DNA of 64,000 nt, from positions 1-64,000 of IMG/VR virus record IMGVR_UViG_3300014167_000003; one strand, given 5' to 3'. The stretch comes from a virus (taxonomy: Duplodnaviria > Caudoviricetes). Of the stretch, positions 56,603 through 64,000 are shown piece after piece. The notes under the pieces were generated by a model, which saw nothing but the letters and a program-made list of their open reading frames with translations, was not told where the DNA came from and ran no database searches. A program made the translations under genes and the position numbers. The number at the start of each line of letters is the position of its first letter. Position 1 is the stretch's first letter.

Positions 56603-57682
56603 TCATAGGATCTGGATTGAGACGTGCGCCGAGGTGATAACAGCGACGGCCGAGCCACCGACAACGGTGGAGGCCTGTTCAATTGCGCCCGAGGTGCCTG
56701 CGGTGGCCACCTGCTCCACCACGCCGATCTCGCCGCCCGTGAAGCTCTCCTCGATCACGCCGATCTCGCCGGAGACAACGGTGTTCCAGAAGCGGACGCT
56801 CTCGACCAGGGTGTCCTTGGTCTCGATGGCCGAGAGCGCCGCGAACGTCGTCGCGGTCGGCCGCAGCTGGCTCGGCCCGGTGTAGAATTGCTGCAGCCAG
56901 GAGCCGAGGCCGATCTTGAGCCGCACGGGCTCGGACAGGTTCGCGAACCACTCGATCAGCTCCTGGAGCGGGATGACGGACGGGTCGGTCGCGAAGAACT
57001 GCTGCTCCGGCGCCGGCAGGCCGGGCTTGAGCCGCACGGGCTCGGTCAGCCAGTTGTAGTAGGCGAACGAGACGAGCGGCTTGTAGCTGCCGTAGGCCAA
57101 GAACTGCTGCTCGGCGGCCGGCACGCCGGGCTTCTGGCGCACGGGTTCCGAAAGCCAGTCGAAATACGAGAACGTGACAACGGGCTTCTGGTCGCCGTAG
57201 GCGAACGCCTGCTGCAGCTCCGGCCGCAGCCCTGGCTTGATGCGGACAGGCTCCGAGAGCCAGTCGAACCAGGAAATGTTGATAAACGGGAACGGCTGGG
57301 AGAACTCGTACTGGTTGTCGCCCGGCAGCAGCCGCAGCGACACCCGAACCGGGTCCGACAGGTTGTTGAAGTAAGCGAACGAGACGAGCGGGTTGTTCGG
57401 CGCCTGGATCAGCGCCTGCTGGTCGGCAGCGGCCAACCCAAGCTTCGTTTTGACGATTGGCTCGGACCACGCATAGTGCCACGACGCCTCGTCGTTGCTC
57501 GGGTCCAGCGCCTGCGGTATCGGCGCGAAGGCGCCAGATGCGGCCAAGGCGATGGCGAGAGCCGGCGCGATCTTCTGCCGCACGGGCTCGGACCATGGGA
57601 AATGCCACTCGCTTTCGGTCTGAGCCGGGTCACTCCGCGCGAGAACCGGTTCGGTCGTTTGCTGGTACTGAAATCTTAGCAT
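56603..57682 (-). CDS. Repeat protein with about seven (W/L)SEPVRxKxGL repeats
   Basis: Repeats visible in both protein and DNA. Confidence 0.7.
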   Translation of the reverse strand: MLRFQYQQTTEPVLARSDPAQTESEWHFPWSEPVRQKIAPALAIALAASGAFAPIPQALDPSNDEASWHYAWSEPIVKTKLGLAAADQQALIQAPNNPLVSFAYFNNLSDPVRVSLRLLPGDNQYEFSQPFPFINISWFDWLSEPVRIKPGLRPELQQAFAYGDQKPVVTFSYFDWLSEPVRQKPGVPAAEQQFLAYGSYKPLVSFAYYNWLTEPVRLKPGLPAPEQQFFATDPSVIPLQELIEWFANLSEPVRLKIGLGSWLQQFYTGPSQLRPTATTFAALSAIETKDTLVESVRFWNTVVSGEIGVIEESFTGGEIGVVEQVATAGTSGAIEQASTVVGGSAVAVITSAHVSIQIL

Positions 57683-57683
57683 T

Positions 57684-60028
57684 TCAGTAGCTCACGATCT
57701 CTTTCGTGATGATCGGGTCCGCGTAGACCGGGTAGCCGTGGATGTAGTCGGCAACCGTCAGCGTGATCGCCGCCCAGCCCAGCGACATCGAACCGGAGCT
57801 ACCTCCGGTCAGATACGCAAAATTGGCCAAATCGCCAGGATTGTACGTATCTGTGTGCGTCGAGTCTTCGAACGCGCCGGTTGTTGACGAGCCGACGCTG
57901 AACGTATTGGCGCCATTGGCGCCGTTCTTCCTGAGCGTAAATGGCGTCGCGCCGTTGACCGAGTTGCTCAGCACATAGCACCGGAAGTGAGCCAGCGATC
58001 CCATAACGCTAAGCGGAACTTGGACAAGCGACTCGGTCGTGTTTGTTCCACCCCAATCATAGGCCGCATTGCATAGCGGCTGGTATTGCGTGGAAGCGCT
58101 ATACGCAATGCCGTTAAGGATGGTCGAAATCTCGCTCGCGGTCGTCGTATGCGAGATTTGGCACGCAAACATGTTGCCTATGGTGCCCCCGGTTAAAGCC
58201 GGGCTAGTGAACCCAAAGCTATCCCCGTTAACAAGCGTGTCCGAGTGCGTCGTGTCCTCATAAATACCCGTCACGCCGCTGGTAGCGGTTACCGTCTGGT
58301 TGCCGGCGGCGCCGTTGTGCCGCGAGGTGCAGGTGAAATTAGCCGTCGTCGAGTTTTGCTGGAGCATCAAAATCATGTGCGACGCCGTCCCGGGCGCGCG
58401 TATCAGTGTCGCGCCTTGTCCCGTCGTGCCACCGACCTGTGCGCCCGCCAACGAATAGTAGCTGACCGTGGAAACGCCACCAGAATAGCCCGTACCGTGA
58501 AGGCTATACGTTCCGCTATCGGCGGACACGACCATCATGAAGAACGGCGTTTCGTAGCCCGTGCCGCTCCCGGTCTGCAGCAGGTTGATCGTGTCGCCGA
58601 CCGCAAAATGGATCGTGTTCGTCGTGTGGAAGACGCCAGCGGTGCTGTCGGTCGCGTTAATCGCCACGCCCGTCGAAGTGCTGTTCTGCCTGAGCGTAAG
58701 AGCGCGGCTGGTGCCGTTGGCGTCAAAGGCCGCGTACATGACGACCACGGAACCTGAAAACCGCATGGTACGCGTCGCCTGCGACTCGGTCGATGCGTTC
58801 AACCAGCCGCCGCCCGCAAACACGTAAGTCGGCAGCGTCTGAGGGTACAGGTTCGAGCCGCCAGTGATCGTCGCGGCCATCAGACCACTGCCGAAATAAG
58901 TGTCGCCGCAATGACCGTCGATGATCCTGGTGTCGCCTGCACGGCGGCCAGCTGCGCGGCGGTGACGTTGTTCAGGATCATCTGGTCGGTCGAGCTGTAC
59001 GTGACGAAGGTCCGCCTTGGATCAGCGCCCAGCGCGATCAGCTGGTTCAGAACGACGTTCTTGGCGCGGTTGTGTGCGAGAACGGCGGTCAGGTGATCCG
59101 AGCTACCTGCAACGGACGAATGCTTCGTGCAGGCATTGATGGTTGCCGTCCAAGTAACATTGGCGTCATACTCGATGACGCAGCCGCACGTATCCGGTGA
59201 CCACCGTGTCATGTTCAGTCCCCATAGGTTCGGATCGCCCTGATCCCATAGGACCGGAGCGCTATGTCCCGCGCCTCCATCCGCTCAAGCTTCTTTTCCA
59301 TCGGGTCGCAGCTGCCCGCCTTAACGCAGTCCGGGCAGATCATCTTCATGCAGAGCCGGCACATGCCGCCCAGGTCGTCCGGGTCGCACCTCGGCCGCAC
59401 GATGACCACCTTGTTGCAGTGGAAGCAGGTGAACGTGTCCGCTTCCTGCCGCAAGCCGCCCGGGTCGAAGCTGAACGCGTAGCCGCCAGCGCCGTGCATA
59501 CTACTGCTCGCTGAAGAGCACCGTGCCGGTGAACGTGCCGGTGTAGCCCGCCGACCGCGCCGAGAGCACGAAGCCGTTGTAGGTCGCCGCCGGATAGACC
59601 AGTTCGGAGCCCGGCGCCGCGACCCAGCGGTACGAGGCGCGCTGGTTGACACCGACATAAAAGTTCTGGACGCCGAGCGTGCAGGCGGCGGACGACACGA
59701 CGGACGAGTTCACCGCCGCAAACGCCGCAAAGCCGGCGTCGGCGGTGTCCAGCGCCGTCTCGCTCGACACGCTGGAGATCGAGCCCAGCCAGGCCGCCGA
59801 GGAGAAGACGGTGCCACGGTTGACCGCCCACTCGACGTAGTTGTCGGCCGGCGTGCCGTTGGTGCCGATCAGGATGTCGTAGATCTTGCCGCGCCGCAGG
59901 CCGGTGATGGTCGGCGCGTTGGTGATGTTGCCGCTCGACGCGGCCACCAGGATGATGGGCGTGTAGGTGGTGCCCATGGTCACCTGCCCGGTCCAGTTCG
60001 TCGAGTTCGTCAGTGCAAAGTTAGCCAT
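57684..60028 (-). CDS. Four structural-module genes (57684-58880, 58880-59212, 59215-59499 Cys-rich, 59501-60028)
   Basis: Abutting ORFs; S/T/G-rich beta-type sequences. Confidence 0.62.
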
Positions 60029-61094
60029 GCTGGCTCTCCGTCGCGGCAGGATCGACCGCGCGCTTGCGGCGCGGCTTGCGAGGCGTCGCGGCGACCTCGG
60101 CGGGTTGAATGTTGTATTGCGGCACGGCCCACTGAGGCTGCGGCGTAAACACCGGCAGGACCTGCGCGGGCCCGGGCATCTCCAATTCGACGATCCGCTT
60201 CTTGAGCTGCGCGTTCTCGTACTGCAGCCGGCCCATGTCGTTGGAGACGCCGGACCAGATGCTCTCGAAGTAGTCGAGGTCCTCCATCGCGCCCTGCAGG
60301 TACGTGATGGAGTTGTTGAGCCGGTCGCGCTCCTGGGTCATGCCGTTGATGCGGCCACCCACCTCCTCGCGCCTGGCCATGATCTTGCGGCCGAAGGGCG
60401 TGCTGTCGACGTAGGCGTACAGAGCCGGGCTCTGCATGATGTCGCTCTCGTGCGGCGCCGACACCTTGATGCCGAGCTTCATCGCCTCACGCTTGAAATG
60501 GAAGAAGCCGGGACGCTGCCGGATGTACTCGTCGCGGCTCGCCATATCGATGCCGTAGAGCGCGATCTCGGTGGCACCCTGGTCGATGGCCAGCGCCATC
60601 ATCCAGGCGAACGACGAGGTGAAGAACTCGTCGCCGAACTTGGCGACCAGGTAGTCCTTCGGGAACACCGTCGCCCTGGGCACGAGGGTCTGGTCCTGCA
60701 TGTAGACCGGGAACGGCTGCACCTTGAGCCACTCGATGTACGGGCGCCCGTAGCTCTCATTCTGCGGCCAGAGGAGGTTCGAGTGCAGCTCGAACCAGAC
60801 GTCAACGCGCGGCAGGGTGTTCTGGTTACCCGGCGAGCAGGCCCAGATCTTCCACGAGGGATCGTTATAGGGCGCCAGCATGCGCGACGACGGCGCGGTG
60901 CCGATGAGAGCCACCTTGAGCGGCGCGGACGCGGGAGCGGCGGCCGGAGTTGGGTTATGAGCCGCCCCGGCCGCCGCACCGACCGACGCGGGTGCGCCAT
61001 CTTCGCGGGTCGGTTCATGCGCCGCAATGACATGCGGCTGGCCATTGTTGCCGTTGAGGTGTGCCTGCTGAAACGTGGGAGTGAGAATTGTCAT
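60021..61094 (-). CDS. CstII/Maf-like (sialyltransferase-fold) glycosyltransferase candidate
   Basis: VALIGTAPS, KIWAC, FTSSFAWMMALAIDQGATEIALYGIDM, followed by a coiled coil. Confidence 0.6.
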   Translation of the reverse strand: MTILTPTFQQAHLNGNNGQPHVIAAHEPTREDGAPASVGAAAGAAHNPTPAAAPASAPLKVALIGTAPSSRMLAPYNDPSWKIWACSPGNQNTLPRVDVWFELHSNLLWPQNESYGRPYIEWLKVQPFPVYMQDQTLVPRATVFPKDYLVAKFGDEFFTSSFAWMMALAIDQGATEIALYGIDMASRDEYIRQRPGFFHFKREAMKLGIKVSAPHESDIMQSPALYAYVDSTPFGRKIMARREEVGGRINGMTQERDRLNNSITYLQGAMEDLDYFESIWSGVSNDMGRLQYENAQLKKRIVELEMPGPAQVLPVFTPQPQWAVPQYNIQPAEVAATPRKPRRKRAVDPAATESQHG

Positions 61095-62127
61095 TCAGTT
61101 GCCCGTGATGGTGCCAGCCGTCACGGCGACCGTCTGGCCTGCGGTGATGCTGTTGGTGGGTGAGATGATGATGTCGGCAGGGCCCGGCGGCGTGTTCACG
61201 GTCAGGCCGTAGATGACGATGTTGCCGTTGCTGTCTTCGAACCTCGCCGCCGCCGCCTGGCCGCTCAATGCGGCCGAGGGATCGATCAGCGAGAGGCCAT
61301 TGAGGGTCATCGCGCCATTCGCGGCGGTCCAGCTCGGGCGTGACAATTGCAATGAGGAGAGGATGTTGCCGCCGGCATCGAGCAAGCGCATGTAGCCATT
61401 GCTGGCGCCTGCATCGATGGCGTTGATCACCTGCTGCAGCCTGTTGGTCAGAACGGTGACGCTGTAGTCGACGGCCAAGACAAACCCCTAGCAAAGGTCT
61501 GAGGAGGTCCTCATAGCATCAATGCAATTGCGCGTCTATCCGATGCCGACCTGCAGCGCGGTCAGCGAGACGACGGCGCCAGACGACGCGGTGACGGTCA
61601 GCCGCCAGGCCGCGATGGGCGTGGTGATGCTGGTGTAGAAGTTGGTGTAGCCGGACGACGTCGCGGGATAGGTCGAGAAGATCGTCACGCCGGAAGAGTT
61701 CGGGTAGATGCCCGTCGAGTTCAGGAAGGTGAAGGTCGGGTCCTCGACCGTGTAGTCGATCTGGAAGGTGGTGAGCGAGGCGCCGGCCGTCACGGCGCTG
61801 AAGCCGATGTTCATCGGCGCCGTCACGTGCCAGTTCGTGAGCTTCCACGGGCTCGAACCAGACGAGTTCAATGTGACGGTGATCGGCTGCATCTCGGCCC
61901 TTCAGGCCTTAGCCCCGGTGTGCAGAGCTGAACGGGTTGGCGTCGCAGCTGCCGCCGCGCGCCTTCTTCATCCGGTGCTTGCCCTTGTGGCCGTGCACGG
62001 AGCCGCCATGCTTCTTCTCGTGAGCTTCCTTCATCTCCTTCGAGCCCTGGTCGTCGGCCTCGAAGTGCTTCTCGTGCAGCGAGCCGCCGCGCGCCTTGTG
62101 CTTCATGTGGTGCTTGGTGTGACCCAT
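61095..62127 (-). CDS. Three small genes (61095-61478, 61536-61892, His-rich 61909-62127)
   Basis: ORF track; co-oriented with the virion operon. Confidence 0.6.
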
Positions 62128-62138
62128 GGTTCTGCTCC

Positions 62139-63131
62139 TTAGACCGACGAGTACTGGGTGTAGCCGAACAGCGGCGCCACGTTGGTGGAGGTGATCGCCG
62201 CGATGTTGGCGGCGGTCGGGTTGCACTGGATCTGCACCCGCAGCGTGCCGTTCGAGGCGGTCGTGCTCTCGTAGATGCCGCGCACGTCGGGCGTGGTCGA
62301 CGTCTGGGTCACGATGGTCGACGCCAAGATCAGGTTCGCCGAGGACAGCGCCACCGCGACCTGGCTCGAATACGAGGTCGGCAGCAGGTTGATCAGCGCG
62401 TTCTGGCCCGTGTACGGCGTGTAGAGCGGCATGCCGTAGTGGTCACTGATGCCGATGCTCACGCCGCTCGACGTCGGCGTCGAGCAGTTGGTGATCGACG
62501 AGACGTACTTGAACGCCTTCTGGCTGTAGATCAGGTAGCCCGACGACTGCGACGTGCCCTGCGACAGCGCGATGGTCTCGGTGATCTTGTAGCCGTACAT
62601 GTCACGGCCGGCGATTGACCAGGTGCCGAGGTCGCCCGAGGACGACGTGGTGATCGAGATGCAGCGGCCGGTGCCGCCGGCCGGGTTCCAGACCGCGAAC
62701 GCGCCGTCGCTGCCGAACGACAGATACGCGGCGGTGCTGTCGATGGCCAGCAGGTTGGCGGTCGCCTTCCCGGTCTCGGGCGCGATGATCGTGGTCTGGT
62801 ACGTGCCGTTGGCCGACGACGCGGCGTTGAGCGTGTACGTGGTGGTGCCGGACGAGACGGCGGTGTTCGACACGAACGCGTTGGTCGACAACGTGGTGGG
62901 CACGTAGTCGATCTGCGCAATGTTGTTGAAGAAGCTCACCGTCAGCTTCGAGTGGCCCGGCTGGTAGGCGTACGCCACCCGAGGGTCCATCATCGAGTCA
63001 CCGAGGTCCGACCACATCGGCGCCCGGTTCGGGTTGTGCTCCAGGTCGTTGCCGAGGATGCCCGTGCCGGCGGTCGACGTCTGCACGAGGCCGAACTGGC
63101 CAATTGGTCCAGTGAATGCGGTTTCCGTCAT
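62139..63131 (-). CDS. Capsid decoration / minor capsid protein candidate
   Basis: Directly after the major capsid gene; S/T-rich; AGRDMYGYKITETI. Confidence 0.6.
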   Translation of the reverse strand: MTETAFTGPIGQFGLVQTSTAGTGILGNDLEHNPNRAPMWSDLGDSMMDPRVAYAYQPGHSKLTVSFFNNIAQIDYVPTTLSTNAFVSNTAVSSGTTTYTLNAASSANGTYQTTIIAPETGKATANLLAIDSTAAYLSFGSDGAFAVWNPAGGTGRCISITTSSSGDLGTWSIAGRDMYGYKITETIALSQGTSQSSGYLIYSQKAFKYVSSITNCSTPTSSGVSIGISDHYGMPLYTPYTGQNALINLLPTSYSSQVAVALSSANLILASTIVTQTSTTPDVRGIYESTTASNGTLRVQIQCNPTAANIAAITSTNVAPLFGYTQYSSV

Positions 63132-63146
63132 TGGTCCATCCGCCGG

Positions 63147-64000
63147 TTACGAGGTCGGGAACGTGCCCCAGATGTGCCGCCAGTCGAAGTACGACGGCAC
63201 ATAGCGCTGGTAGCCCTTGACCAAGAGGTTGTCGGTCGAGAACTCGACGCTCATGTCGCTCTCGAATGCCTTGCGGTTGAAGAACACCAGGCCCGGGTGG
63301 TTGGTCAGGACGAACCACGCGTAGTTCGAGGTCAGGTAGTCATAGACCATGTAGCCTTCCTTGAAGGACTGCTCCATTTCCCTGACAGCGTTGACGTCGT
63401 TGTTGCCGGTGCCGACGCGCAGCTCGGACTTGAACAGGCGCGCCGCGATGGGCTCCAGGTTCGCCGGCACGATCAGCTTCTGGCCGCGAGCGTGGATCTT
63501 CAGGCCCGCGTTGTTCTTCCAGGTCGAGCGGATGGTGATCGCCGCGTTGAGCAGCGAGGTCTCGTTCAGCGAGACGTCCGGCGACGGCTGGTTGGCGATG
63601 GTGGCGCCGTCGATGGGATGCGCGGTGTTGATCAGCGACACGCCGTCGCCCTGCACCGTGGTGTTGAACGTCGTCGCGGTGTTGATGATGTTGGCGGCGT
63701 AGACCTCCTCGGTCTCCTTGAACGCCTCCATCAGGCCGTCGTTGTTCGGCCCGAACTCTGCCTTGTACAGGTTGTCGTCGATGGCGGGACGGGTGATGGC
63801 GTACATCAACCCGATCTCGAAGTGCTGCGCATTGTAGATGTAGCGCTGCCCGCTGTTGTTGTCGGTGGCGGTCGGGCCACCTTCATTCTTCAGCTGGGCG
63901 TAGCCGAGGTACCGCATCGAGGCCCGGCGCTCCAGCGACATGTTGGAGTCGGCCTGCTTGAAGATCTGCGGCCACTGCCGCTCGATCATCGGGTACCGGC
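63147..64000 (-). CDS. Major capsid protein (HTVC010P-like, Mu gpT-like family), 5' end truncated
   Basis: YAITRPAIDDNLY, GDGVSL..AHP, LNETSL, KLIVP, LRVGTGNNDVNA, YLTSNYAWF, STDNLLVKGYQRY; frame open to the window edge. Confidence 0.85.
   Translation of the reverse strand, partial: RYPMIERQWPQIFKQADSNMSLERRASMRYLGYAQLKNEGGPTATDNNSGQRYIYNAQHFEIGLMYAITRPAIDDNLYKAEFGPNNDGLMEAFKETEEVYAANIINTATTFNTTVQGDGVSLINTAHPIDGATIANQPSPDVSLNETSLLNAAITIRSTWKNNAGLKIHARGQKLIVPANLEPIAARLFKSELRVGTGNNDVNAVREMEQSFKEGYMVYDYLTSNYAWFVLTNHPGLVFFNRKAFESDMSVEFSTDNLLVKGYQRYVPSYFDWRHIWGTFPTS

Noticed and set aside
40950-64000. Diversity-generating retroelement or reverse transcriptase-linked system
   Set aside because: No RT (YxDD) gene or TR/VR repeat pair noticed

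Overview
The whole window (GC-rich) reads as part of one temperate phage genome, probably infecting an alphaproteobacterium, in its free, non-integrated form. An intact attP (3' half of tRNA-Pro(GGG) with arm repeats on both sides) lies next to a tyrosine integrase at about 25 kb, with phage genes on both sides. Left to right: (1) a + strand nonulosonic-acid (Pse/Leg-like) biosynthesis cluster interleaved with tiny coupled ORFs; (2) small accessory genes, a displaced small terminase and a repeat-rich pac-like region; (3) serine recombinase, TetR, CRP/FNR and XRE regulators, attP, integrase and AlpA; (4) a leftward early operon with RecT-like and RecE-like genes; (5) methylase, RuvC-like resolvase and helicase; (6) lysis genes; (7) a podovirus-type virion module ending in a truncated HTVC010P-like major capsid gene. 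The strongest signal is at 31.5-33.0 kb: a lone RAMP/Cas7-like gene and an accessory gene, flanked by five units of 5-nt periodic NN-CGC repeats separated by AT-rich linkers. This is a candidate non-CRISPR RNA-guided system with a gapped dinucleotide code. The second is a CstII/Maf-like sialyltransferase-fold gene inside the virion operon, which with the sugar cluster suggests self-encoded nonulosonate glycosylation of the virion. All family assignments come from motif recognition by eye; no searches were run.
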